Assembly (NCBI RefSeq): GCF_003704095.1
Contig: NW_020846320.1
Location: 62,001 to 126,000, forward strand
Direction of reading: 5' to 3'
DNA length: 64,000 bases
DNA from: Pocillopora damicornis
Taxonomy: Eukaryota
Below are positions 51,101-64,000 of the stretch, in pieces; position 1 is the stretch's first letter; each line of letters opens with the position of its first letter. Both the position numbers and the translations under genes were made by a program. Under the pieces are notes generated by a model that did no database searches, had not been told where the DNA came from, and was given only the letters and a program-made list of their open reading frames with translations.

Positions 51101-54100
51101 TCTTGACACTAATAGTGGTAATGTTAAATAAAATATTTCTAGGATAACCGTGAACATAACATGATGTGATCTTCTATCCAAGATAAAAGAATGACTCCCC
51201 TAGTTTTTCCAATTTGGTCTCAATATAACTCCATTATTGTTACGACTGCTTCTTACTCCAAAAGTTTTTTTTCATCATCATTTTTAATAGTATACTCATC
51301 GTCATTATCTCTTATCATATCTAATTGTTCCGAGGCAGGAAGAGTTGGTTGATGACTCAATTGTTTTGGGATTTTTCCGAGATTTTCCTCGGGGATTTTT
51401 TGAGGATTTTGTTTAGCTTCGCGAGCTTTCTGAGCCAGAGGGGTGCTCCCCTTATGTCGTGTTCGCATAAGAATTTACGACATATTTTAAAGGGATTACC
51501 ACAGAAACCACAGAAGGTTGATATTGTAGATTATCCCAATTCGAAAAACGCATTAACACTAACCCACAGCGACTTCATGCTTCCAGAACTTATCCACAAC
51601 AGTTTACATGTATCTGCGACATTCTCGTGGAGAATGGCACACAAAATTTTTTGTGTTAGAAAGATTGTCACATTTTCTCACAAGCTTTATCGCTACGCCC
51701 ACGAAAATTTTGGTACAGGAACTCCATTTGAAATTTATGATCCTTTTAAACAATCAAAATATTACATGTCCATAGAAATGTCTCAGTTGAAATTTGACTG
51801 GATTAAGGTCGTTCCCAGAGTCTCTCTTCTTCTCCTTCCCCGTCTCTCTCTTTCTTTTTCCCGCTACCGGACGCGGCGAGAAGAGAGAGCCTGGAATATA
51901 GGTATGACTTGATGTCCGTCCAACGAAGTTGCCTTTGTTATGTCTATTCATCTTTGAGAATCAACAAGAAACAATTTGTTGACCAGTTGTCACCAGCCTT
52001 TTGTCTACCAAATAACATTATCGTAAAAGACCATACAACCGACGTACGCTGCAGCTTCATTAACAAACCAAGACGAAACAGTTAGTGAAGTGACACAAAT
52101 TAAGGCGTAGTTGATTAAGTACCCGGCAATGACGACAACTAGGGGTGTTAAATTCAATAAAAGTGACCACGAGGTGATAGCATTGGGCTCGTAAAACGAG
52201 ACTTTTTTTCCAATGCATGTGCAGTTGCGTCCAAAGCCATCGCTTCAGGTGCAAAGTTAATACCGAGGATTCTAACTGGCCGGGTTTACCCCTGATGTAG
52301 AATAAGAATACGACGAAATTAAGTACGTGAGATCACAAAACTTAATCGTTGTATTTAGAAGGACGTTGTTCTGAAAAGGTTGTCGGGTTAACCACAACAC
52401 CATGCAAGAAAACCTGGCCTGTAGAAATATGCATTTTCAATCCCTTTGTAACGGAGCTATGATATAAATATTGCATGAACCTGTTCTTTTCACGGGCAAA
52501 ACGAGAACAAAAAAGGACATATACCCCATTCACACCAACAAAATATGTCAAGCTAAACCGAGTTCACCTGAATGAAAATCAAAAACAAAGGACTGAAAAA
52601 CTGAGTTTTCCATAGGTTTCAAGTAGTCATTACGGATAACTTTTATTTTTTAATCCGACAAACATCTGTAAACTATTTTGCACCGTGTCTAACAAAACAG
52701 CTTTCAAACATGTCTGAGCTTTGATGTGAATGGGATAATAGAAAAAAACCCTAGCTTTTTTTTTATTAACTTAGAGATGCCTCTTGCTGACTTGTCCTAT
52801 AGATAAATAATCAGTTCTTTTCTTATACTACAGTTGATTTTTTTTTTTCTGCTGTTTTGAACTTTTGCTTGCATAGAGTTTTATTCGACATCATCAGTAT
52901 TGTTTTTTGTGGTACCAGTTGAAACTGTTTGTTAAGCTGCTTTTAATGAAAACCTTATAGTATTTTGTCTTCAGTCCGCGTGCCCATTGTTCTATTTTAG
53001 CTGTTCAGTTTTTAACCGTTTTTTTAGTGGCTGGTAGTCCTTGTACCTTGATGTTTTAATTTTTAAAATAACATTGCAACCGGCACGAGCATCAAATAAA
53101 ATGAACTGGTGGCGCTCACATAAAAGTTATTAAGATAATTTTGCATGTTATTACCCAGCTGATGGAATGCAAATCTATCAGTCACCTTAAGTGATCGTTT
53201 TTAACTTGTTCATGTAATTTAACTCCAATAAATTAGATTTACAAAGGTTGTTCAAACATTTTGCTCTGAACTCTCCTATTCCTTTTGGGAACTCTGAAGC
53301 TGCCCCTTCTTCGGTTACATAAGCTGAGCATGAAGAAAAATAAGGCAAGATAAAGAATCGCACCGTAGAGAAAAAGTGATGTATATGAGGGTGCAGCCTC
53401 AGGTGGTGCACTTGTGTCTTTGGACAAGACTGTGAACACCCTTAAAAAAGTTAAGCAGAATCGGTACGAAGTGCGAAAGAAATTCTGAAGCTCGAATGGA
53501 AAACGGTGTACTTTAGCGTATTTATGATGTAATCTTCAGCAAAAATAAATTTGCAATGATTCGGTTCGAGGAATTAATGTGGCGAGATGATTTGGATTAT
53601 GCAGTTCGTTTGACACAGTCAAATTTTAGTAAGTCTTGAGTCCTCATGGATTTCAACCACGTGCCAAAATTTAGAAATTCATCGCCATTGTTGACAACGA
53701 AAACAACATTTACTTATCCGTTTATCGCGTATAATCAAAATAAACGGGCCGGAAATCTACGACATGCATACCGAACTCTAAAAATAAGTAAACACGCTTG
53801 AAGACGCGGCGTTGCAGCTCTAACGCAGCTGGAAAGAAATTGAAAGGACGCTGAATTTTCCGCGTGGGTTCAAGAGCCAATTGCCGCCTGAAGACATCTT
53901 TGACACAAGTTTCGCTCTGAATTTTATTTGTTAGACTATACTCCACAGATTGTGGCAGAGGACAATTGTTTAGTATCTTTTAATCGTAATTGATGTTCTG
54001 TTTTCACTTACAGCTCATTTACTTAAACTGCTATCTGATCATTTGCAATAAACACAAGGAAAAAGCCAACGAGTCTTTGTAACTAAACGCTCTCCACCAT

Positions 54101-57100
54101 GGGAATTTCATAACCTTTCAATTATTCACCACCAGTTAACGTATCTTACAGATGCTCACCAGCTGGTCTGCAGGCTTTCTCTGGGTGGATATCTGTGTGG
54201 TAATGCACGCTTAATTTGCCCTTGTAATGGATATTGACCCACTGCTTTGCGTGATTGCCCATCCGACCAAGTATCTTATCTTTTAATTGCTGTAAACGCG
54301 TGATACATTTCGCCTCCAGCGTTTACTACGTAGTTGTTTCTCAGCTCATATGGGATTACATTGAGCTACAAAAGTTTTTTTGTGATCAAAAAGGAAAACA
54401 AAATACGCCTCTGAGTTAATCATCATTGCAGAATAACCATGGTTAAGTGGCAATTAACTTGTACTGGGCGTAGAGAAAGAGAGAAACTAGAGTCAACCTA
54501 AGTGTGACTCATTCTGTTTACTGACTCATCTGATAAGGAACGACTGCGGCCAACTTCGATGTGGCGACGATAAAGAAATATTTTTCATATTTTAGGAAAC
54601 CGCAGTTTGCATAATCTCCGCTAGAGAGAGGAGAGAACTGTCAGAGTGTCAAAACCACACCGAGCACTGCGATGTATGATTTTCAGAACGCAGCTTTACC
54701 TCAAAATTTAACTATATTTTACTGTGGAAGCATATTTTTTTAAAATTTTTTTTAATGAATCGCTTTATTCAAATGAAAGTGAAAACTTTTGATTAGGATT
54801 TTTTCTCTCGTTGAGTCAATTTTATTTCTGTTATTGTGTTTAAAGCACGTTATGTTACAAATTGAGGTTGAGGGTTTTCGATTTCGTCTTATTGAGTCTG
54901 TTGCCTTTGCATGGTTCTGCTAGTATTGAAACAACTGAATTTACTTGTTGCGAATAATAAGGAGGGTTTAAAGACGCGCTTGAGATATTAGCAGCATGCT
55001 GCGCGCACGTGGCTGTGTGCAACCAGCCGAAGTAAATCTGTTAAAAAATGAATCAAAGCTGCAATTGTTACGCAGTCAAAGGAACAATATCACGGTTTGT
55101 TGTATTGTATTTAGCACGCTTTTTTATAGTTTACATAACGCTGGCAATCCATGGAAACGCTCGCTTGTCTTTCGGTTAACTTACATCATTAAAAGTGTAC
55201 TAATAGGGTTGTTATTGTAAAGGAGAATATTCAACTGTAGTAAGCGGTTCTTTCTTTCTATTTCAAATACAAATTTTTAGCTACTTCTGACCGCGGGTTT
55301 TCGAGAGGTGGATAACGCCATCCACTGGGTAAATCTCTATTCGTTGGATATTGCAAAACGTTTTGTTAACACTTACCCGCCCTTATAACAACCGTACACT
55401 GTGTTCTTTTCCGTTTTCTGCCTTTTTTTCTGTCTTCTTGACATTGGGTAGATGTTAGAATTCTTCCAGAGGTATTTACATCCTCTTTAATTTTGAGTAA
55501 CGATAAGCCAGATTCACAGTAACAATCCCTGCTCGTCCTTTCAATCGAAATCAACATTTTCTGCTAAACGCAACAGCCAAGAATAACTTTAAAGATACAA
55601 AATATCGTAAATCCAGCCTCTTAAGAGTATTCATAAACTTATTTAGTTGAATTTAGTGCAAGTGAAATTGTTTGATAGTTTGTTTAGTTGTTTAACGCTA
55701 ATTAATTCGTTCCCTTAATCACTTGCTTATTACCCTTGGATAGTTGTCCAATAATTCTAAAACTCTTGGCCATTTAACTTTCCACTGTATCTTGCTCACT
55801 TTCCGCGAACTGTTCGAGAAAAATCTTAAGTTTGGAATTAGTTGCTAAATTGGCGAAAAAAAAACCCTTCGGCAGCTGTATCGCTCAAGCGTTTTTAATA
55901 TAACACAAACAGTTATTCAGCTAAAAAATGTCAGAAAATGTCAAAATGTCAAAAAAGTGCTCTTCTTTGTAATAGTACGAATTGCTTTTAAACATGGATA
56001 ACTAACGTCTCTTTTTTCGTTATTAATGAATTTTCAACTACAGGTGTATTTTCATCGACAATTGCAAGCCTTTAGCCGTACAGGCCGTTGCCTCTGTTCC
56101 ACACAGATCTTTCGCAGACGGAAGATGGCACAAGTTTAACATGTTCATCACTAATAACGTGGAGAACAGCAACATGCATTGTAAAGTGGATGGGTTAGTA
56201 TCACAAAAAGCCAAATCCCAAGAGCGTTTAGTTAGTAAAGATCAGCAAATATTGTATCTTGGAGGTCGCCCTGACACGAAAAAGCAACAGGAACTGAATG
56301 GAAGCTTCACTTGTCTAACAAAAGCGGCAAATTTCTCTGGATGCGTCGCAGATCTTGAAGTAAGCTTTCACAGTTCAGGCATTCCAGAGCGTTCGAATAT
56401 GTCACACATAAAACAGTTTGGAGATGTTTCAACTCTTTGTACAGCGGCAAAGGAAAACATTGCGTCATTTTCTGATAAAAATTCCAAGGTATTGCTCACG
56501 ATGAAAGATAACATTAAGTTAAACACATCTTTCGAATTTCAAGTCCGAACCAGCCAGTCAAGAGCATTTGTTGGAAAGATAATGAATAAGATTTTCACGG
56601 CCTTGTTTTTCCTGGAAATGGGTCGCATGAAAGTTTCTGTAAGACTCGAAGCTACTGAAGGCCATAAAGGCGATTCCTTTCATCTGACCTCTGGAGAAAC
56701 TTCACTTTTTGATAACTATTGGCATAAAGTGAATTTTTATTTTGCTAAGGGGACTGGCGCTTATTTATTCATTGACGACGCCTTAAGAGGGCACTACGAG
56801 TTTAGAACGACGATGTCGAACAAAGACTTTCAAAATGGGCGCGAATCGTCTCACTTTACAATACGTTTTGGACGCAGCGCTCGTAAATATCCCTGCTTTA
56901 TAGGTTGTTTGCGTGATGTCTTTGTAAACAGTCATAGCATAAATTTTACTCAGTTCAATTCCAAGGGAATTTCTGTAGGGGAGTGCACATATTCCTCCAA
57001 ACGCGATTGGTCAAAATTGGAAAAAGACATGACTAAGAATAAAACTGCCACATGGCCTACGAAAGATCCTTTTTCTGTGAGCACATACTTATATGGAGAA

Positions 57101-58432
57101 GCTCCTGAAACAACCATGGAGTCTACTGTTTCCTTAACGCTAGGATCGAACGCATCAGGAGGAACATTCACGGAGCTGACCCCTCAGGCAAAACAACGTT
57201 TTCAAAATGATTCAAGTTTTGATCAAACTTATCCAATTGTCGTAGCACTTGCAGTTGGCTTGTTAGTTATAATTATTGTAATAACATACATTCTCGGAGT
57301 TGGTCTAAAGCCAAGGATCCAGAAATGTTTCAAACGGACTACCACCAAGGATAAAGGTGAAACAAAGAAGAGCTCCATGAGACAAGCTGAAGATAAACAC
57401 CTCTCAAATCTATCCGGCGAACCCGGTCGTGATAAAGAGAGTCTCGCCCAATATAACTCTCATGCTCTTACATCAAAGAGATTCAGTGGGATGAGGACGC
57501 ACGAAAACCTCAGATCAGGAAGAGGACTCGATGAAATATCAGTCAAAGTATGGGAAGAGCGCTATTTGAACAATGCTGCTTGCACAACCGTAGATTCGAA
57601 TTTCCTCACAATACCAAAAAGCTACTATACCCAGGTACCGACTACAAAATCTCAAGAAAAACTGTCCATAAACTGTGATATCATTGGACAAACGATTAAC
57701 AATACTCCGCGCCTAAATGACTCTGTCACTTTACGCAACCTTGACCATGGTGTCCTCGGACATCCATCTGACTCGATGGGGGAGTGTAATGGAGGAATAG
57801 GAACTATGACTAATTCCAACCCACCGCAGAGCCCTAAACATTTTAATAAAGCTTATTCAGGCCACAGCACGTTGCCAAAGCCTAAGAAAATGCCAAGTCT
57901 GTCATGGGCGTACGGAAGACGTTTCATCCGAAATGAATCATCAGATACCGACTGTAGTGACGTGGATAAAGTAACGAGAACACGGCCGCGCAATCTCTCG
58001 ACGGAGAATGAAAAAGTAATGAAGCCTCGGCAGCTGAAGTTTTTAGAATCCAGCGAGGATGAAATGGAAAGGAGAAGAATTTCCATTGGAAACCGTAGGT
58101 ATGGGCGGATTCGAAAGCTTCAGACCTTCTCTGAAGAAACGTCATTCAAGCTGTATTCACTTAAGGAAGAAGAAAAGGAAGTTGATTTAGACCAGCGAAA
58201 GCCTTTCACCGCAAACGGACTTAAAGTTTACTTAAGGGATCGGAGTGGAACTGCATGTTTTGTCGAAACCTCCGAGCATTGCGACGACCCTGTCAGCAGC
58301 ATTGGCGTCCAGGCGAGAGCTCTTGATGGTTATACGAGCAGTTGCCCTGAGAGCATTAACTGCCTTTCAGAAAAAGAAGACAGCCACAGAAACTTACGTT
58401 ACTCAAAGCGTCTCACAACACATTATTTTTGA
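42114..58432 (+). CDS. Laminin-G (x2) single-pass receptor, relative of the upstream gene; coding exons 42114-42358 and 56044-58432 (~877 aa)
   Basis: Signal peptide MDARELFLLLSLSLTVTSLQG; LSFNG, WFRT, ELQDGKLR|; CG|gtaagt donor and tacag|G acceptor give an open frame through ADGRWHKF into ORF 56141-58432; LYLGG, NFSGCV, DNYWHKV, FIGCLRDV; TM ~57236-57307. Confidence 0.82.
43923..44108. mobile_element. MITE-like short repeat, same family as 20473-20672
   Basis: ttaactc / gagttaa ends; aacatcagcattctccatac, ctgacaaggataattt, tgattcag. Confidence 0.55.
47104..47775 (-). CDS. Intronless Rab-family small GTPase, Rab30/Rab43-like (223 aa), nested antisense in an intron
   Basis: G1 GDVGVGKT, G2 T in STVGVD, G3 WDTAGQE, G4 GNKTD, G5 ETSAK, RabF motifs RSITQSYYR; single ORF with ATG and stop. 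Confidence 0.93.
   Translation of the reverse strand: MEDTSRNDFKYLFKILVIGDVGVGKTSLIRRFTKGYFAENISSTVGVDVDSKILNIHGDKVKLQCWDTAGQEKHRSITQSYYRNADAVIMIFDLTNRGSFASIPQWLMDVQRYTTKNAVKVLVGNKTDLKGAKRMVNSRSAANLAEFEDLLYIETSAKWDDNIETLFTELAEQLRENAKSRNLNRQNCTTNYSVVKKTFSIVSYIKKLGQKLPIQTTATLCGI
47890..47899 (-). promoter_or_regulatory. Candidate TATA box for the Rab gene
   Basis: TATAAAA on the minus strand ~115 nt upstream of the Rab ATG. Confidence 0.4.
50105..50640 (-). mobile_element. Decayed 3' end of a non-LTR retrotransposon (CR1/L2-like)
   Basis: Minus-strand peptide YRGTVLWN resembling the LINE ORF2 C-terminus, then AATAAA and a short tail tatgtatctatctg. Confidence 0.5.
51808..51898. repeat. Short hairpin/MITE-like element
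   Basis: Imperfect inverted ends gttcccagagtctctcttct / agaagagagagcctggaa. Confidence 0.45.
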
Positions 58433-59439
58433 CTTGGTTTGGCGACTGCATTTAGTTTAACTAAATTCACCTTTTTGTCATTTAACGATGAAAAATTTCC
58501 ATCTTGTATGAACAGCATATATGAACTAAATTAAAAACTCAGCTATCTTCAATGTCTGCAGCAAAAGGAGTTCAAAGAGTCATTGGAGAGGAAACTCACT
58601 TGTTTGCCAGAGCAACTCGTATCTATCGAGACCTGTATCAAAGTCACCCCTGCTCGAGCACCAAATCCCTCAATCTTTTATCATTAGTAGCAATACCAGT
58701 CAGATCGAAATAATGCCCCAGTTATAGGCCACGACAGCTTCCTCTTCTTCCTCTCACCCTTTGCCACTTAACTCTTATTGAAGATTAACTGTGTTTACTG
58801 TGCGCGTGGAAATTACAACCAGAACAACAGCTAGAACTATAGAGAATGTATGAAAATGCTAACTCTTTTTTTATTATTATTATTATTTGAATTGACGCTG
58901 ACTTAATACTAGTTACATCATTTAGATAGTACTGTTCCGATTATTTCGTACATGCGCATAAGACCTCCTAAGCTTTGTGCGACTCCCTGATTAGGAGCTG
59001 CTGCCACAACAACCTTTTTGGGTTGATTCTCTTGTCCTCTGATACGGCTCTACGGAGGATTTCTTGAAAAAAAGAAAAAATATCACAATTTTAGTTGAAA
59101 ATGGTTATTTTAGTCAAACCTCGTTCTTTCGTACTAGGGATTCGACCTTTTAAAGGAGCGTAGAAAATTACTCGAGAGTTCTCATAAGTCCGAGGAAATG
59201 CCAATTTGCGTTGAAAATCCACATTGAACTGTTAGTTAGGTCTCGTACATTTTAAAATACTCAAAGAAGAACCTACTATACGGAAAATGCACCTCTGCGG
59301 TTTACCTAAGTTCTGTCCCTAATCTTGGTCATGCCCTTCAGACGATGCAGGATGACGCAACAAGACATTTCTGCTTCAGTATTTAAATCATAAAAATTCA
59401 GAAAAATTACTCTTACTATAAAACCACAGAGGAGATTAG

Positions 59440-59560
59440 AAAAAGAAAGATAATAAGTTTTGAGCTCGATAAAGAGATGGAGAAAGATGTTTTTCGTCTT
59501 GTCACGAGCGTTGGACAAAAAATAAATTCTGAGTCCCCATGAGGAATCGAACCTCCGCAA
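59440..59560 (-). mobile_element. tRNA-derived SINE-like repeat, 5'-truncated copy of the same family
   Basis: Minus strand ggttcgattcctcatggggactcagaa...ttgtccaacgctcgtgacaagacga...catctttct. Confidence 0.65.
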
Positions 59561-61096
59561 CGATTCTCCTTTATTTTAACTGTGACATAAATGTACAAAG
59601 AATCAAGGAATTTCAATTCATACCAATCACCCAAATATTCTAAATTGTTTATCAGCCGGTATTCGGCAAAAAAAGCAGAGAAAATTCACGTTGATGATTT
59701 TGGCACCGCTTGGGTCTCAGAAATGCCTCGGGTTTAGGCAATCAGATGTCATCACAGAAAGCAAAACTGGCCAGCCGACAAGATCCACCTTGTTTGGCTT
59801 TTAGAATTTAGCAGTTACAATTAGCGAGGTGGCCCAGCTCAGAAAGAGTCGTACTGAAATAATAAAATGACACGAGTCTGTTCTATCAAGGATAGCTAAC
59901 AAAAAAAAAAATGTCGCATGCTACCATAACTCTCTATTTATACTTTCAATTAGTTTCTCAAGCTTTTAAATAAAAAAGGACGCTTTTCGGTAATTTCAAG
60001 AGCTACAAGACGGCTTACCGGGCGTTTTGATATTGAAGTCTAGCCAAAATATTCGAAGTCTTCTTAGTAAGCTTTATGTTCATATTTCCGTGAGAAAGTT
60101 ATTTGCTTTTCTTAAATCGCATGCGTAGAGATTAAAACAAAAATTTAAGCTTTACAGGGTTCACGCCGTCCTATAAACTAAAGTAATAACATAAAAATAA
60201 ATTTTCTTGGCACACGCAGGGGTTTATAGTGTGTTTAGTCGTCCTGGCTTATAAAAAAAAGGACAAAAGAAGAAATCGCATGTAAGGAAGTAACACAAGG
60301 TGATGAGGCCATTAACAGAAATTAAGCTAGCCTCGAAATGTTTACTTTATTGTTACTAAGGGAGTTTCAGCCAAATTGGAGCCGTTGCAATTGTTTTCAT
60401 TTCATGAATTCACATGATATGAAATAATATTTTCAATTTTCAATTGATCCTCATGTTATAAAAGATTTATAAAAGACTTACAGACTGGTTTCGTACTGAG
60501 AACTCTTAGGAGGTGTGTAAATCATAGGAAAACAAACTTGGTCGCTTTGTGAAGATAGGAAAGCTAACAAACACACAAGATGCAAAATCAGGTCAAAGCA
60601 AATGCAGCTGTATCCGTTTCCAGTTAAGCTTAAATGATTCGTCTCGGCTGTAAAATTAGCAGTACGCATTTGCATTTATTCGCAGCATACATTTCTGGCA
60701 CCTTAAATTAGAAGATAGCCTCGCGGCCGATTAGGGAGACGATGAATTTGTAATTTGTCGCATAATTTGAACACGAGTTTGCCAAAAAATTGAGCATCTA
60801 GGAAATACTTTCTCAATTTTAAGTCTGTAAGATTTTGTAGAATGAAAATAAGCAAGACTATGATAGAAATGAAGGCATACAGTCGAAGAAAATTAGAGAA
60901 ATTTTCGCTCTTTATGCAGATTGAGTTGTATTGAAAGTAAGACTTTTATTGCCTCGAGATATTTGACCACAACTAATGTTCCTGTCAAAGTGAACAGGAT
61001 TTTATTTACTATTTTGTATCAAATCTTTCCTCTGAAATAAGAATATCTGGCTCTAATTGTTTTAACTCACCTACATAGTGGTATCTTTGGCTAGAA

Positions 61097-61465
61097 TTAA
61101 TTTTCAGGCCAGTTTTTTCCCCTGACTTTGTTTGATCCGACATTCATATTTGCTCTTCCTGCGGTTTTCAGCTGTCTAGGAGGTTTTATATTTACATAGA
61201 GCATCGCGCTCGAATTGACCGAGTTTGTTTCCTCAAGTTTCTTTTGCCGGATGACAAGTAATTCCAGTTTTTCTTCTAACTTCTTGTTCGCCTCCAACAG
61301 TTCGTCGTTGTTGTCTTCGATGTCTTTCGTTATCTTTAGTACGTGAACAAGCACGAGGCCAATAACGGTCGTGTAAACAACGACAAGAATAAATGAGCAG
61401 AGGAAAAAGAGTGTGGACTTATCCCTTAGCTTGTTTGTCTGCTGGTAGCGAATGTAACCAGGCAT
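61097..61465 (-). CDS. Small single-pass membrane protein with coiled coil (122 aa), function unknown
   Basis: ATG start, short basic N-terminus, hydrophobic LFFLCSFILVVVYTTVIGLVLVHVL, heptad-like IEDNNDELLEANKKLEEKLELLVIRQKKLE. Confidence 0.55.
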   Translation of the reverse strand: MPGYIRYQQTNKLRDKSTLFFLCSFILVVVYTTVIGLVLVHVLKITKDIEDNNDELLEANKKLEEKLELLVIRQKKLEETNSVNSSAMLYVNIKPPRQLKTAGRANMNVGSNKVRGKNWPEN

Positions 61466-62417
61466 GATCGATGAAGAGCCAATGCCAATGTTTACTTGGT
61501 TAGATTGTGCGATGTGGCGAGAGAAGAACTACAAGCGAACGAGATATTTTCCTTGACTATCAATATTTTGTCACCATATTGCGGTTGTCATCAGTCCAAT
61601 CTCGAGACAGGATATAACATGATTATTTGAATTTATGATAGGATGTCACAAGGTGATGCTAATTATGATGTCATAACCCGCGAACTTACCCAATTAGGTA
61701 AACAAAGTACCGTGCCCGATATTCGTTGTCTGCCGACCATGTTGCGAAAAAGAAGAGGAGTTCTGGGTAAAAGGCATTCGCAATAGAAGCAACATGCATT
61801 ACGAAACAGACAAGGGGCAACAGGCAACTGATAATATTTAAGATGACAACAAGCAAGTCAGCAATGTTTAACGCGAAAGGAGTGTCTAAAAGGAAAACGG
61901 AAATTGCTCTAATCAACGGATACTATAGTGGGAGCAAAGTTCAAGTCCAATCTCGGGTATTAGACGACACTTTGCAAAAGGCCCATTCAAAACACTATTA
62001 ACTTTTAGTTTACCTGATGCCCCGTCTGCGAAAAAAATTTCCTCTTACTTAGACTCTTGAACAGGATAGCTATTGTAATCCATGACAACATTTCCTTTTA
62101 AGTTTAAAGTTAATTTTTTATGACACGTGAAAAGAATCATATAATTAATTTCCTAGAAGATGATACAAAGTGATAATCTATCGCTTCTTAGTTAACACGG
62201 AAGCACATAACACGTAANNNNNNNNNNNNNNNNNNNNNNNNNNNNNNNNNNNNNNNNNNNNNNNNNNNNNNNNNNNNNNNNNNNNNNNNNNNNNNNNNNN
62301 NNNNNNNNNNNNNNNNNTTGTACTTCATCTACTAGTGAAATTATCTCTCCTCTTCCACTAGCGATCCCTTATGATCGGATTTAGGTTGATTTACTCTTGG
62401 TATTTTTTTCATTTTAG

Positions 62418-62532
62418 TCTCCTTGTATAAATGCACCATGTCAGAACGGAGGCTCTTTTGTTCCGAACTACAATGACGACTCATACAGATGCCTTTGCAG
62501 AATTGGATTTGATGGGGATCATTGCCAAATTA
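62418..62532 (+). CDS. EGF-like exon (SPCINAPCQNGGSFVPNYNDDSYRCLCRIGFDGDHCQI)
   Basis: ttttag acceptor, gtaag donor, EGF cysteine spacing with Cys3 replaced by Phe. Confidence 0.8.
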
Positions 62533-62964
62533 GTAAGAGACTCCAAAATATTTTTATTAAAAGTGTTCTCCTACAGGCGTTACTCGGACAAATGGCGCAA
62601 GTGATGCTTCTTCTTTTCTTTATAAATATTAAAGACTATTATTCAAACTGATTCTAAGGAATGAAATGCACTATTGGTCATTAAAAGTACACACTTCTCA
62701 TCACAAATGTTATCAAAATAGGAGTCAAAATGCCCGTCCTTCCATTAGCCACAACCCACAGACAACACTAAGCAATTTTCTCTTCCTTTTCCATTGCTAA
62801 GTTCCCTTGAACAATAAGATGCAGCCCCCCCTCCTCCCCTCAGGGGTACCTTTTATGAAATTAAATTTTTAGCCTACGAATAACTGTCTTAGAGGATACT
62901 TCGTGGTGAATTTTTGACTAAAGCTTTTGGAGTCAAACAGTGGAAAATGGTCGCAGTAACCTAG

Positions 62965-63147
<183 letters not shown>

Positions 63148-63718
63148 TAATCAATTTTTTGAAATACAAAATTGAACCTTCCATCGTTCAAAATCTTGCA
63201 CAGGGGAGATATGAAACAGCATTAATCCTCACAAATCGTGCCTGAAGCTACGCTCGTACACAAAACGCGCCATAACTCAGGCTTGCTGTTATTTTCGATA
63301 GAACCAATTTCCTGAAGCTTGTCACAAACGCACTGAATGCATTCCCATGATCTTGGTCCAATGCGTACCTGTTTTTTGTCCACAAGCGTATGGGGGCCGC
63401 CAAACTGGTCATTTCGCAATATTCAACACAAAAAAAGCAAAACAGGGAATAGATATAAAGCACTGATAATTTTAGGGGACGACGTCAACAATATCAGTTA
63501 ACGTCATGGGCTATATATTAGCGAGGATATAGGAAGATAGCTTGATCACGTTGACTCAAAATGCTAGAAGTGATGTAAATGAAAATGGTTGGCTAACTGA
63601 ACTGCTTTTCCTTTTTGAGTCATGGCCTCATTGTGATTCTAGAAGTTAATGTGAACTTTACAATTCAGTGCAAGCGAGCATAGGTAACTCTCCTAATATG
63701 GAGTCCTATGAATTTTAG

Positions 63719-64000
63719 GCTGCCGTGTGAACTGGACGTTGTTCAATAGCCACTGCTACAAGTATTTCCAGGACCAGTTAAGAGGGTATTCTGAAGCCAA
63801 AGCCCAATGCGAAACATTTGGGGCTTCCTTGGCGACAATACATTCCAAAGAAGAAAGTGATTATCTGTGGTCACTTTTCTCCCAAAGTGGTCATAACGTC
63901 TGGGTTGGAGGAAACGACGAGGCAGTGGACGGCTCTTGGGTCTGGGAGGACGGGATGGCGTGGGGCGGGTTCACATTGTGGGATTCTGTTGAACCTAACG
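63719..64000 (+). CDS. C-type lectin domain exon with EPN motif (runs off window)
   Basis: tttag acceptor; CRVNWTLFNSHCYKYF...AKAQC...GASLATIHSKEE...VWVGG.D...DGSWVWEDG...W...EPN. Confidence 0.9.

Noticed and set aside
51325-51912. 195-aa plus-strand ORF inside the large intron
   Set aside because: Non-ATG start, no recognisable motifs, and it runs into a hairpin repeat.
61686-61916. Hydrophobic 76-aa minus-strand ORF
   Set aside because: Short, non-ATG start, no family motif or convincing splice context.

Overview
AT-rich, intron-rich animal genomic DNA from a gapped draft scaffold. The repeats and gene content look like a stony coral or other anthozoan, which is an inference. Contents from left to right: (1) the 3' half of a class-A GPCR (minus strand, 5' part lost in a gap); (2) a multi-exon TDRD12-type piRNA-pathway gene on the minus strand (~3.7-21.6 kb), with Tudor, long Ser-rich region, degenerate DEAD-box helicase, CCCH-like finger, Tudor and a third Tudor. 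It carries a diverged second copy of several exons at 12.3-15.3 kb with a ~1.65 kb deletion and an apparently frame-restoring 1-nt insertion; (3) ~11 kb of non-coding DNA with minimal hammerhead-ribozyme-like repeats; (4) two tandem, related laminin-G single-pass receptors on the plus strand, one Caspr/neurexin-IV-like and one LamG-only, both with a 245-nt first coding exon and very long cytoplasmic tails; (5) an intronless atypical Rab30-like GTPase nested antisense in the 13.7 kb intron of the second receptor; (6) a small orphan TM/coiled-coil ORF; (7) EGF, EGF and C-type lectin (EPN) exons running off the right edge. SINE-, MITE- and LINE-like fragments are scattered throughout. Exon boundaries were derived by hand from splice signals and reading-frame continuity. 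Family assignments rest on recalled motifs, not database searches.
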